Below the pieces are notes generated by a model. That model saw only the letters and a program-made list of their open reading frames with translations. It was not told where the DNA came from and did not search any database. A stretch of DNA of 64,000 bases. Origin: Balanoglossus misakiensis (Eukaryota > Animalia > Hemichordata). Positions 11,903 to 24,840 of the stretch are shown here, one piece after another. The position numbers and the translations under genes are program-made. Every line of letters begins with the position of its first letter. Position 1 is the first letter of the stretch. The stretch spans positions 9,367,403 through 9,431,402 of the forward strand of contig CM082587.2 in the NCBI GenBank assembly GCA_040954595.2, written 5' to 3'.

Positions 11903-13835
11903 TATATAATATACTTTATTTCAGACTTTAAAAAAAAAGTCCATATACTCAAAAGAGAGAAGAAAAAAAAAACACTAATGAAAGTACTCTGGAAAATCTG
12001 AAACTGAGACACACACACACAAAAAAAAAACCATGCAAATTTACATGATATACAATTGCTTTCGCCAATGTTTGAAAAATATGCTGTCAGTCGCTCTATC
12101 TGATGAACAGATCGCATCAAGTAAAACATTAGAAGAATTTTCGAGTCTACGCTTAAAACTGTACATATTGCGTCTAAAAACTTCACCAAGTGACAATACA
12201 TGGTTTGTAGCAAACATACCCGATGCACTGCAAAATGGCGGAAGACCGAGAAGTCTTCTCCAAACATTATTGTACATAGTTTTAAATTTTTTCATCGGTT
12301 TAACTTTAAAGGATGCCCACAAACTGCAACAGGAAATATTACTACAATATGCCAAAAATAAAACTTTCTTCACATCTTGACTACAATGTTGAAAATGTCT
12401 CAATAGCATGTTTGCTCTAACACAAAATGCTCTTCTCTGTCGTTCAATATCTTCATTATCACAACCATCACAATATATTACATGGCCCAAATAGGTGTGA
12501 ACAGATACAAACTTCAAAGTGATATCATTTAGTTTAACCGAAGGAATTCTTTGAACGCTCATATTCTTTCCATTAAAAAGCATGCACATAGTTTTACTAG
12601 AATTATAAATGATATCATAATCCTTGCCATAAATTTCACACATTCTAAGAAGACAGCGTAGACCCTTAACACTTGGACTGAGTAGAGTCATGTCGTCAGC
12701 GTAACCTAAAGTGTTAGCTCTGACACCACACATGGTACAGCCAACTTTGGCTTTACAGAGTGCATTGATAAGATCATCAATGTAGACATTAAAAAGATAG
12801 GGAGAGAGTACTCCCCCTTGTCTTACACCGTTAGAAACAGAAAACAACTCTGAGGTTTCATTACCCCACAACACAGTAAACAATTGATTTCTGTACCTGT
12901 AATATAAAATTCGAACAGCATACAAGGGAACAACATGACCTTGTTAACCAGTTTAAAGTGATTAACTCTGTCAAAAGCTTTTGAAGCATCCAGAAAACAA
13001 GTAAACACTGGTCCTCCATTGCTGGTGTAGTAGCTAATGATTTCTTTAAATGCAAATAAACACAGGTCAGTTGAATGTTCTCGCTTGAAGCCAAATTGTA
13101 AATAATGAGAGGTGAGAAACTCCTCACAAGGAGAAAGTAAAATATGCTCAAAAACTTTAGAGAAAACAGTTGCTAGTGCTATCGGCCGGTAGTTACTGGC
13201 ATCACTACAAAGCTTAGTTTTATCCTTAATAATTGGAACTAAAATAACTTTGATAGCCTCAGTTGGCAGGTAACCATGAACAATCATAGCATTAATACAA
13301 CAAGTCAAAATGGGTAAAATAGAGGAGTCTGAGAATTTGAGGTGCTCAGCTGAAATATTGTATAGCAGAAATTACTTCGTCTTCAGAAAGATACATATCA
13401 GAAGAAAAGTTAACATACTTCATTTTCTCCTCGATGTCATTTTTACCAGTCTGAGCCTGGACAGAATTCAAAATATCACTGAAATTCTTGTGCCACATAA
13501 TGCAATTTCACTCTCACCAGTCGCTCCACCTACAGTGTCAGAAAGTGGCGTTTTTCTGCTAGTTTGCTTTCTGACTTCCTTCCAGAAGTCGTTCTGTTTG
13601 TGGCAGCGTAAATTGTCAGCCATCTTGTCAGCCCTATTTTGATTCTCAATCTTTTTACAAGCACGTAAAGCATACTTAAATCGAGCTCTGGAAGATTTCA
13701 TGGTTTCAAAAAGCGGGCCTTGTTTAGGTTTACCCCCATTAACCCATAATAAAAACATGGAACGGGCATAGTCGTGACTTTCTTTTACAAAATCATTCCA
13801 GCCAGGTACAACATGAACTTTCTGGTGAAACTTAC
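11903..13835 (-). mobile_element. 5'-truncated LINE (RTE-X-like), frameshifted ORF2 linker and RT plus 3' UTR
   Basis: PGWNDFVK...RARFKYALRACK linker, SNYRPIALATVFSKVFE, FLDASKAFDRV, GVRQGGVLSPYLF and YADD are spread over ORFs 13468-13758, 12823-13308 and 12041-12925. The 3' end has AATAAA and an AT-rich tail near 11903-11925. Confidence 0.88.
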
Positions 13836-13841
13836 GCCAAT

Positions 13842-14240
13842 GGGACCGTTCAGTTTTTACGGCCGGAGGGGGGGGGGGGGTGGCAAGTTTGTGTCATCGG
13901 TTGTCAAAATCAGGCCGACCCCCCCTTCACCCAGGAGCAAAAAATGATGACCCCCCCCCCCCTTTGACAGACCCAAAAATATGATGACCCCCCCCCCACG
14001 CCGAAAACATTCGCCGTCCTGATCCTATGTTCACTGTATGCAATAAAGGGAATGAGGCTCCTCACACCTCAATTATAAATTTCTTAAAGTAATTGAAGTA
14101 TATAATAGTATATCGTTGCAATAAAGAAATATATGAACAAATGAAAATGACAAGTCAATACAATAGTTGCTAGAATTGGTAAAACAAGAAAAAATGCGGG
14201 GGTGTCCCCCTCCCACCTAAGAAAATTGTGTAAAATATGT
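13842..14240. mobile_element. Partial non-autonomous DNA transposon, same family as 3990-4311
   Basis: Terminus GGGACCGTTCAGTTTTTACGGCCGG and repeated atgacccccc motifs. Confidence 0.55.
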
Positions 14241-14299
14241 AGGAATTTAAATTCTCAAATCTTGTAAAGGAAAACCTGAATTTAAATTCTCAAATCTTG

Positions 14300-14830
14300 T
14301 ATAAAAGGAAAACCTGTCAAACTATGGTCTTGACGAGGAAATCCTTAACCCCTTTTCAGATGTTAATGAAGTAATTGCTAATTTTAGTAATATGTTAATA
14401 CGAGCAGCTGACAATGTACTAGAGAATTGCTCCAACCAAGTCATGTCACAGAGAACAACCGCCATGGTTTGACAGAGTGTATTTTAATGAAACAGAAAAA
14501 GTATGCTTTGTTAAGACGGTTCAGAATTAGTAGTAATATTATTGAGCTAAATTTGTACAAGAAAGCCAGAGCGGATTTCAGAAGCCTTTGTCGTAACAAA
14601 AAACAGATTTTTATGAATGCTGAAAGAGAAAAGCTGTCAACTTTTTCAACAACAAATCCTAAGAACTTATGGGCAAATGAAAGGCGTTTAGTTTCAACAC
14701 GCCGTTTTCATAATAATATCCACCCTGAGGTTTTTATGACTACTATAGGAATTTATTCAGCCAAAATGTTTCTGTAGATGATGACCCAACTTTTTCTGAT
14801 TTTTCACATGAGCTTTCAGGTTGTGTAGAA
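14300..14830 (+). mobile_element. Inverted internal LINE ORF2 segment (post-endonuclease linker)
   Basis: PWFDR followed, after a frameshift, by ECILMKQKKYALLRRFR...YKKARADFRSLCRNKK...NPKNLW. It abuts the endonuclease on the opposite strand. Confidence 0.65.
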
Positions 14831-14839
14831 TGAATTATT

Positions 14840-16275
14840 CTCGGAAGAGTCCCTTTGTTTGCGTCATTGCCAATTCTACCGTTCAAAATATGCATATTAT
14901 ATGTTCAGCACATTGAGAGAAGTGAACGGCCATAGCTATTTACAACTTTGTCTTTCGATGCACGCGACATATGGAAGACTCATTTACATAACAAAAGGAA
15001 GAATCCACCATGTGTTCTGTTCTGTACTGTCATCGATAACATAGTCAGGAACCTCACCCGTACGTGCATTCAAATCACCTGTAATGATTACGTAAACCTC
15101 ATGTAAATTAGCAAGGATCCTGGACAATTCATATTCTAATAATTCTATGCTATCAGCAGACGGCAGAGAATCGTAAGTGGTCGAGTATTTTGGTGAGATA
15201 AAAATACTACAAAAAAGTACATCCTTACCTAGTGAAAAAACACAGCCATTAAAAAAATGCAGATACAATCATGAAGATTTGTATTAATTTGAGTAACATA
15301 CGGCATCAACCTATTGCGTATAATGGTACAAACACCGCCGGGATAATAACGGTCATGATAGGATTTCCTTTCTCGAGTAGTATTGAAAACATGAAAATCT
15401 GGAAAACTATTTACAAATTGTGAAGCTTTGTCAGCCCACGTTTCTAGAGAAACGTTATGATGTCGTAATTTAAAACAAAGTTTGCAAATTCAAAGGACTG
15501 TAATTTGTTTTTCAATCCCTGTACATTCCAAGTTAAAAATGTCACAGCATCTGGGCCACGGCCGAATCCCTAGTCGTTGGCTGTATTGTGGCGACTTTGT
15601 GAGCGAGTAGTCGGACGTTGAAAATTTGTATTTGGAACACCTCCCTCTTGTGTACTTACAGAGTTATCGACACTAGTCCTGTCAGTGACCATCAACTTTC
15701 CGTTTTTGTAGTATGCATTTTTACCTTGTCTTTTAAAATCGGATATGTTTTTTCGTTGGCGTTTGGTCAAATCATTTCCAATACCGACACCAGCCTCCTT
15801 CAGCTGTTGCCTTGCTTTTGGCGACAAAAGTTTGTCCTCAAAGTAGTGAAACTTGACAACAATTGGACGAGGCTTGTCTTTCGCATATGCTGGTACTCGG
15901 TGATAATATGATTACTCTCCCATGACTTGGTTTTCACGTTTTGGTTCAACATTTCTACAACTTTCTCTTTCGTTCGTTCAAAACTCTCTCCCCCTTCATC
16001 CTTTACACCATACAATCGTTCGTTATCTCTCCTTGATAATGACTCCAATCTATCTGTGTCATCTTCCAAATTATCTAGGCGACCGACAATTTCGTCAATT
16101 GCAAGTTTCTGAGATACGGCAGCCATATCATAATCTATCACCCGGTTTTCTTCTTTCAGGTTACTTATTTCCTTATTCACCGAGTCCATAGATTTCTTGA
16201 TATCATGAAATTCCTTCTTCTCTCAACGCATTTCTGGTAGCTTTTATCTCTCTAAGCAACTCTGACTTTAAAGGT
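14840..16275 (-). mobile_element. Decayed LINE 5' half: ORF1 (coiled coil plus RRM-like) and APE endonuclease
   Basis: ORF1: LEDDTDRLESLSRRDNERLYGVKDEGGES...GVGIGNDLTKRQR...YKNGKL. Endonuclease: FLTWNVQGL, ETW, IFISP, IITGDLNARTG, HILNGR. Several frameshifts. Confidence 0.82.
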
Positions 16276-16279
16276 TTGG

Positions 16280-17075
16280 CGTTCTTCGGCCTTTAGCATA
16301 GGGATAATCGTGTCCTTCGCCCTAAAATATGGAGATATTACCGTCCTTTGTCCTTTAGCATAGAGATAATCGTGTCCTTCGCCCTAAAGTATGGAGATAA
16401 TCGTGTCCTTCGCCCTAAAATATGGAATCGTGTCCTTCGCCCTATGGAGATATTACCGTCCTTTGTCCTTTAGCATAGAGATAATCGTGTCCTTCGCCCT
16501 AAAATATGGAGATAATCGTGTCCTTCGCCTTAAAATATGGAAATACGCGTGTCCTTCGCCCTATGGAGATATTACCGTCCTTTGTCCTTTAGCATAGAGA
16601 TAATCGTGTCCGTCGCCCTAAAATATGGAGATAATCGTGTCCTTCGGTCTAAAATATGGAGAGATACTCGTGTCCTTCGGTCTAAAATATGGAGATAATC
16701 GTGTCTTTCGGCCCAAAATATGGAGATAATCGTGTCCTTCGGCCGAAGAGTCCGTCGCCCTAAAATATGGAGATAATCGTGTCCTTCGGTCTAAAACATG
16801 GAGATATTACCATCCTTCGACCTTTAGCATAGAGATGATCGTGTCCTTCGCCCTAAAATATGGAGATAATCGTGTCCTTCGCCCTAAAATATGGAGATAA
16901 TCGTGTCCTTCGGTCTAAAACATGGAAATATTACCATCCTTCGACCTTTAGCATAGAGATAATTGTGTCCTTCGCCCTAAAATATGGAGATAATCGTGTC
17001 CTTCGGTCTAAAATATGGAGATATTACCATCCTTCGGCCTTTATTACTGAGATAAATCCGTTCTTCGCTTTCCTT
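16280..17075. repeat. Minisatellite of about 31-bp monomers, two subtypes, roughly 25 units
   Basis: Type A GGAGATAATCGTGTCCTTCGCCCTAAAATAT and type B GGAGATATTACCGTCCTTTGTCCTTTAGCAT, head to tail with no spacers. Confidence 0.95.
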
Positions 17076-17372
17076 CGTTTTAGGTTCTGCTGACTATATC
17101 GAAATTTGACTACGACGCGCTGGATGCTTTTCTTTTTGCACTTGCACAGTTAACAGGTGGAGGGGCTTTCGAAAAAAAGACCAACATTTGTCAACATCTT
17201 ACTCTTTATGAGCCTACCCTTAGTATCACCATGACCAGCGCCTAAAACCCAAAAATGCATAGGTGTACGTTGATCTTTTCATCACGAGTTTTAAAGTTTT
17301 TAATAATGAATTTGAATTACAAGTTGTGGTTAAATGTGCCTTCTATGCAGAAGTCCGGGTTTTTATGCATTG

Positions 17373-20300
17373 TCAGTTGATATCAGTTGTGTCAACGATC
17401 ACTCTCACAAATGCCACATCGTCCTTGACATATGCATGGCGCGGGCTGTCCAGCTGGGACAGTGGCATGAACAACGGGCAACCGCTGGCGATGTTCATGT
17501 CTTGAACAGGCCGCTTGAACGAACTGGAAGTTGGATCAGGCCTGAAAACATCGATCACGTGCTCTCTGTTATTCTGGTCCAACCACATGAGCGTGACCTT
17601 CTGTCGGAAAGGCCACCTCAAGAGGGCGTCGCAGGCCCCCTTCATGATAACGAAGAACAGGGAGGCGTGGTTACCCTTCCCCATGCCGTCCCCGTTGGGA
17701 TACATACGGGCGCACATTTTGTAGCCATGGCGACTAGTGTAGAAGCACGGTGAATATATGCATGACGTCTTGCCACTGCATGCCTCGTTGCGCTTTCTGC
17801 TGAAGTCTGAGATTTTCCAAACTAGAACGCCCTCATAAGAAGCCCACTCTAAACTCTGTAACCTCAGGTCCTGCTCTGCCAAAGCCACATCTTTCAAGGC
17901 AAGGATTCTCTCCTGGCCTTTGATTTTTCGCTCGAGCGATTCAATCAACTCCCTATCTCTTTGCCTTTCCCTTTCAAGGTTTCGAATCCGTCCACTGTCA
18001 TGTTCTACTTGGCCGTTCAGAACCGCAACAACGCCCCCGTAGGTGGCGATCTTTGTTTCTAAGACTTTCTGTCTACTCTCTAAACCTTGTATTGCCTTTG
18101 CCTGTCGGTCTACAATGGATTGGAAGTCGTGCGGGATGTTACCACTCCCCCCGTTACCTTTCTTGCTAGTAATCTCCGAAAGGTTTGCTTGTAGGCGTTC
18201 TTCGTCGACTTTTATCTTGTCGATCGACTTCTGTTGACGATCCAGCTTGCTTTTCAGCTTCTTCACGTCGTCCTCGCTGTCGCCGACCTCCTTCACGAAT
18301 CCCACTAGTGACAGAATTTGGGTCAGCATCAGCTGCATGTGCCCAACCACGGTCATCTTGTGGTGCTCTCGCAACTTGCCCTTATCAATCTGATTGGATA
18401 AAAACGATCAAATTCGCATCACTCAACTTGTTGTGAGAGCGAGGGCAATGTGTACACAGAGGGCGTTGACGTTGAAATGACACGTGTCACTGACAATACT
18501 TTTGTATGACGTTGTTTTGTAAGAAATGACTTGCAGCATGAATTCAAAATTGTCCTGGCATGTTGCCGTTCCAAGTACATCTGTTCCCTTTTTAAAAATG
18601 CAATCACGTGTACCAAGAGGGAAACGTCAGATTTGAGTTATGGGACGTTGATTATTAAGGTACGTTGTTTATTCAACTCAAATTATATAGTTAATGTATA
18701 GTCTAAGATATACATGTGTCTCTGTTACTATTGACGAATTCCCTCTGATAAAAATGCTAGACTTACGATGGAATCACACCCGATAGGCTTGTATTCACAT
18801 GCTACTTTGGATTTAGCACAGTCCCCATTTGCTTCATTGAGGTGTACATCCAACTGAAACAAAAATTACCTTTCCAGTAAATAGATGCTCATTGCGATAT
18901 CTTGCGAGACTTGGTTAATCACAGTAATACAAGTCAAGTCAATGTTTTATGAGACTAGAAAAGGTGCAGAATTTAGCAAAAATGCACTTTCTGTGCTATT
19001 TTAAGACGATGAGCCATGTGTCGTTTGTCCTGTGTTAAGGAAAATGTCCTCCCATAAAAACTGCTTAGCCACGTTAACCAGGGCCTCGTGAAGTTCGGAA
19101 AATGGACAAGTCTATTGGATGAGTAACTTTGATGAAAGTTTTTATCTGAAAAGTAAAATTACGTTTAGTTAAATCAACCACGGATTTTTCCATATTTAAC
19201 CACCTATGTACTCGCCGTGTGTTAAGCGCGTTGCATTGGTGCTTCGGCAAGGAGAACTAACGCGTCAGCGCGTTGCGCCAACACTGGGAATGCGGACGAA
19301 CTGCGTTTTAGATCGTAATAATTATGCAAAATTTTAAACGAGAATCATCGAATGGGAAAGGAGAGATGAATAATTACCATTTCACGTGGAATGTCGGATC
19401 TGTCACAATAGTGACACTTGATAGGATACTGGGAGCACTCCTCATAATGTTTCTACAGAAAATGGGAAAACATCGTAAATGACGAGGCTGCCTAGGATCG
19501 CACATACGTAAATTTAATTTTTAGCTTGGAAAGAAAATTGTGTAAACTAAGCAACCTAATATTTCGTGTTACTTAAATTTAGAATTACGAGATACAAGTG
19601 TTCAGCCCTACATACAAACTAAAAATAGATAAAGCCTGGTACAATGTACATGGAAGTAGCTTTCGAAAAAAAGCTATATATATCCATCATTCCAACAACT
19701 GTGCCATGTCCGAAACCTTTTGACACACCTTGTATATATAGAGTGTCCAAAATGTAAGGAAAGTAACAGTTAGTATACTATTTTCATTTTGTCATTAGCG
19801 AAAACACCGTTAATAGGATGTGCCACCGATGGATGTAGGAAGATATCCAATAACGCAAAATGGTCACAACGTCATATAAGACCCCCCCTTCATCATTGAG
19901 AGAGGAGACGGGAAAAGAGAATCGACATTATACGAGGGTTTGAGGGAGGGAGGGAAGGAGGGAGGGAGGAAGGAAGGAATAAAGAAAGAAAGAATTTAGA
20001 GAGAGTGTTATTACGCCGCCGGCCGTCCTCCGGACGTTTACCTCATCGGGGCTTCTGTGGGGAGTCAGCCACGTCCGAAGGCTGACGGCGTAACTTCTCT
20101 CCATCTCCTTCTCCACCCAACATATTCATAAAGTCCGAGAGAGGTACCCGGCAGATCGTAAACATTTCGTAGACAGAGACTTACAACAAGTTTTCCGAGT
20201 AACACAAAGTTCTGGTTTATTACCGATCACACGTAAGAATTACACGACTCGATCCATGGCCATGCTCGTTGACTCCCATCACGGATCTCCCGTTATAATA

Positions 20301-23000
20301 ATGTGATCTCAAATTTCACCACACCTTATTAATACGTTAGTCAAGTATTAAGTCATAAAAGGAACACGTCATCTTAATATTTCTTAAACATGAACTTAGC
20401 GCGTGATATCTCTATCACGTTCTGACATGTATCAATTACACAATCTTGTTTACTCTGGGTCAAATACCTATGTCAATACTGGACTAAAACCATATAAGTG
20501 AATGACTTCTTACTTAATCATAAACAAGATCTATGATCGTTAAAACTCAATCGTAACAAGAGAATATCTAATTATTGTGACAATTTTCGCATTTTCCACT
20601 TCTTTGCATCCATGTACAAATTCAAAACTATGAGGTTATTCACAAAATACAAAAACTGATGTGTTTAGAGGGTAATGTCTGTGCGCGACGCATTGGGCCA
20701 GCGCGCACACACAAACACAAGCTAAGAAGCAAAGTAACGGTTATATACCTGTCTTTAGGGACTGTGTTTGAACATTTTCAATACTAACCAATGACTGTGA
20801 TTTCCTTTTCTTCCTGTAAGACTCTATTCCCGCGTCTTGCCAGGTGGTATGAGACTCCTCTCACCACTTCTACTTCTCTCTGCCAAATTTCTTTGATTTC
20901 AATTCAAAAGAACTTTACATTGTAATACAGATGTCAAAGTTTGTAGCGAAAGCACACTTTTAGTTCGTGCCGTTTTGTGGATTTGTAAGTCTTGGCCGTC
21001 TAATTGTATCTCTCAGCCCACTTTCATATCTCAGAAACGTGAAATCGCAAAGGGTGGAAATATATTCTTTGTCAGGTGATCCATTTTACGTTCAAGTTAT
21101 TGGATATGGAAATTATTATGTAAGGTGTGTGTGTGGGGGGGGGGGGGGTCATTTAACCCTTCCAATACCAATGTTATGATTGGGCGAATCGTGGCATAAA
21201 GACTTGGACATTTCCACATCACAAGGATGAAAGTTGGTTACCTTAAGCTGACCGTATTGCACCTGTGCCACGCAATGAATACAATTCACTTGTCTCATCA
21301 AACAGTCGTTTTCCAAGTGTTGAGTTAGATGACCTCTCAGCACTTGAGCTTGGCATCCATTGTGTATGCAGGCAAGCAATTCAAAAGGGCAGCTCTGCAC
21401 ATGTTCCTGTAGGGACATTTCATGTTAGTTAATAGTGTCAATAATATTCATCATCATCAGTTAACGTTTAGCCGTGAATTAGAAAGTCATCTAGGATCCC
21501 GAGGGGCCGGGAGTGGTGCATTCGGCCACGAATTGATACAGTATAGTCAACATAAAACGAACGGAGGGGATCAAAGCGTCGAAGACGTACAATGAATTAG
21601 GGACTCTAAACATCATAAATGTGAATGATGATCATACCTGATCGTAATCTTTATATTTGCCTTTCCAGACGCATCCTTTATTAGGGCATTGTACGTGTAG
21701 TCCATTTAATTCTCGTTGGATGGCTCGATCAGGAAACATCTAACGAAAGGAACACAAAACCCCGTTTATACATACACTGTACATACATACACACACTCCT
21801 AATAATTTGATTCCTCTCGACCTATTCTAGCAAGCGAAAAAGAATGTTTTAAGTTTGAATATTGTAACTTGACACACTTAGAAAAATTCTTAAGAACACG
21901 AAAATGAATACATGTACACACCTCTTCTAGTTTTAAGATAAAGTCAACCCTTTCTTCTTTGCATGGCCTGCACAGCGTTGTTTCATCTCTGTAGATAATA
22001 ATAGACGTGATATCCTCAAGTACACCATCCGATTACATTGTACCATGTCAGGATTCCAGACTAATTACAGTGTGTCAGGAATGCAAATTGAACGGTTGAC
22101 ATTGTAAATCGTCCCGCTGGAGATGACTTTACAATTTAGTATGTTTTATTCTGAAGCATTAGTTACACGTTAGCAGTCGCATACTTCAACACCCGACCTA
22201 GACATACGGGACTTCACCAACTTACTCGGCGTTAATATTTGACCGATGAAATCATGAGTGTTTATAGCAATATTCTTTATATACAAACTACATGATATAT
22301 AGGCCTACATACCAGAGATAAGCCCTTCGCATGTAAACTGCACATAGTTAAATGTTTAAGGTCGTGAAAACGCAGCTTGTCAGAAAAACATGGTTTCATG
22401 GTTTTGCCACAATATCTACTAATATTTTGATATAAATTTGTCTGTATTTCATGTGAGTACGAATTAAGTGTTTATGTCGTATTGGAAAGGCTAAAAGGGC
22501 AAACTGTTTGTCATTGAAAACTCATATATCAGTTACAGCGTAACTCATATACGTGTAAGTCATATACGTGCGGTTGTGCTTTCCCCTGTCTGTATATATT
22601 CAGTGCATAAGAGTACTTGATGGGCAACGTTTTGTAACGTATTAAAGATCACCGAAAGACATTTTTTTATTTGATTCTGAACGAGAAAAAACTACTTGAA
22701 GGCACCTTGACCAATTACCCCGTTGGTCAATGACGTCAGATGAAAATGCGTATATCTTTATTTTAAAACGTCTTCAGTCTCCTATAATAGGTAAAACACT
22801 TTAGACAAAAACGCTAACGCATGCAGTCGATAATCAACTTACCTTGAAACAAGCTGCTGGAAACATTTGCTGCAATAGCGGTGCCCGCATTCTGTCTGTA
22901 CGGGACACAGCAAAATCTTATCGCAGAAATTACATACATATTTCAGTTCGATAGCTTTTCCTCTTATAATACGTTTTGAATAGCCTCCCTTACTCGTCAT
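17373..23000 (-). CDS. TRAF2: TRAF2-like paralog A, about 556 aa (RING, TRAF zinc fingers, coiled coil, MATH). Exons 23000-22843, 21988-21922, 21739-21638, 21406-21242, 19452-19378, 18853-18767, 18389-17373.
   Basis: RING KYVCNFCDKILLCPVQTECGHRYCSKC...CRPC; FPDRAIQREL; zinc-finger exons; MATH SYEGVLVWKISDF...YSPCFYTSRHGYKMC...LRWPFRQKVT...RPDPTSSSFKRP...NIASGCPLF. GT-AG introns, 1671 nt in frame. Putative non-coding exon donor at 23761. Confidence 0.92.
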
Positions 23001-24840
23001 TCCTGACAGTTTGTAGGTACCCACTTGAAAAATCCATGTTTGCTGCTGCGTCGTCTTCAATTTCCAATGGTCTTTATAGTTCACAGAAACAGAATATGAA
23101 CATGGAATGAGTGGATGACGCCCTCATGGGGCCATTATACATGTATTGCATTTTGTAGATTCTCAAACTCAATTTCCCTTGTTTAATAATTAAGTCCAAA
23201 CTTAATAATCACGTCAAAACTGCAATGTATCACACATTTAATATATATTGTATACTACAACTGAGGACATTCGACATCTTCAGGCACCCGTGCATTGTAT
23301 AGTCTAACATATGATTCAAGCTTCCTAGTAATGTGAATATGCAAAATATAATATTCTGCATATTAACCGTAAAATATGCAAATTATCCTTGATTTCATCG
23401 GAACTCGGGGAGAATTCTGTAAAGGAGTCAATAAACTTTTTAGGGCAAGGGGGTGGGGTTATGGCGATTTGTGATTCATTTTGGGGAGGGTCTACTGAAT
23501 AAAAAACAAGCCATCTCTACCTCAGTCCCCACAGTATAAATCGAATAACCCTCACCTCATTTAGTGTGCTGAAGTCAACGATTGTACATAAACGGCTCTT
23601 ATTTTTCCATTCTTATCATTTGCTAAACTTAAGCTCACATGTCTGTAAACTGTAAGTTCCTATCCTATAGAGTTAACTTCGTATTTGCCTCATATTCACG
23701 TTATAACTTACTCGCTCTGAACTGCTTACATTGTAATAGTTACGTGTTATTTATCACTTACTTGTTCTGTTGTTATGCGGCACTGTGACGTCGTTTTGAG
23801 CGCCAGCTAACTCTGATCATCGCTTTTTTTAGAAGGGGATTTTTTTCTTTGGGCTGTACCATTATCTTAGGTACAGAAGGCTGTGACTGAAAGATTCAGT
23901 AGTGTGCGGCAGGCCGAGGCGCTCCGCGACCTCCGATCCACCCGCACGCAGCTGAATCTTTCAGTCAATATGGCAACTCGTGTACGTGCAATATTGTGAC
24001 CAGGTGTGATAAATTCATTATTTTTTCTTGTATAAAAGCCTGCACGTTGCCACGTTGCGGCGTAGCTGCTAATTGAACTGGCATGTGAGTTGTGTTCCAA
24101 TCCGTTCCGTTCTAACCAGCAGGCTTGAAAGCCGTTCTGAGAAACCGTGTCTGAAAGTCGCGTCTAAAAACTGTGCTATCTCATGTTGTACATTTACTGA
24201 TCTGGAAGTCTCACGTTGTACTGGTCTGGAAGTCGTGCCTGGAAGCCGTGCAGTCTACTGGTGGATTTTTGCCAGAGCGCTACTCGGTCTGAACGTCGCC
24301 GTTGGAATTGAACTATCGCGGTGTTGTCGCGTTCGTCGTAAGTTACGGAACATTGGACTTTAGTATTTTCTTTCCACACCTGGTCACATTTAAGGTAGTC
24401 TCCTATTTTCATTGTACAACCATTTTCATATTTATCAATGCTTTAGTTTTAATAATTAAAAGTTTCCATAAGTAAGGAAATAACGTTGTGGTGTGACTAT
24501 TGTTGACCATTCAGTAAGTCTATTTTTGCTCACTGCCCTGTTTCGGCACTGAACGACCAGCGTGCCGTAACTCTATACTCAGGCTATGTAGTCGGTTAGG
24601 ATTCCGATGTGGGCTCAAATTGAAATGATGGCTTCAGTTTACACTCGCTTACATGGTTTACGATGTCGCCACCTTTTGAGGTACTTTTTAAATCAACATA
24701 TGCAGAAACTCCGTTTTAGTGTAGGCCCATCACGCAAGCGAGCGAGCGAGACCTATAAGGATATTTTCTGTTTATTAATCGTATGTGTAAAATAATCTGT
24801 GTACATTAGATTTTGCATGTCGAATTCAACGTCTGGGCTT

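Noticed and set aside
11903-16275. One full-length LINE
   Set aside because: Two different post-endonuclease linkers are present and a DNA element separates the parts, so there are at least two elements.
16280-17075. Possible CRISPR array
   Set aside because: Monomers are contiguous with no unique spacers, there are no cas genes, and the context is eukaryotic. It is a minisatellite.
17334-18436. Plus-strand ORFs overlapping the TRAF MATH exons (also 24848-25666)
   Set aside because: Antisense shadows of GC-richer coding sequence.
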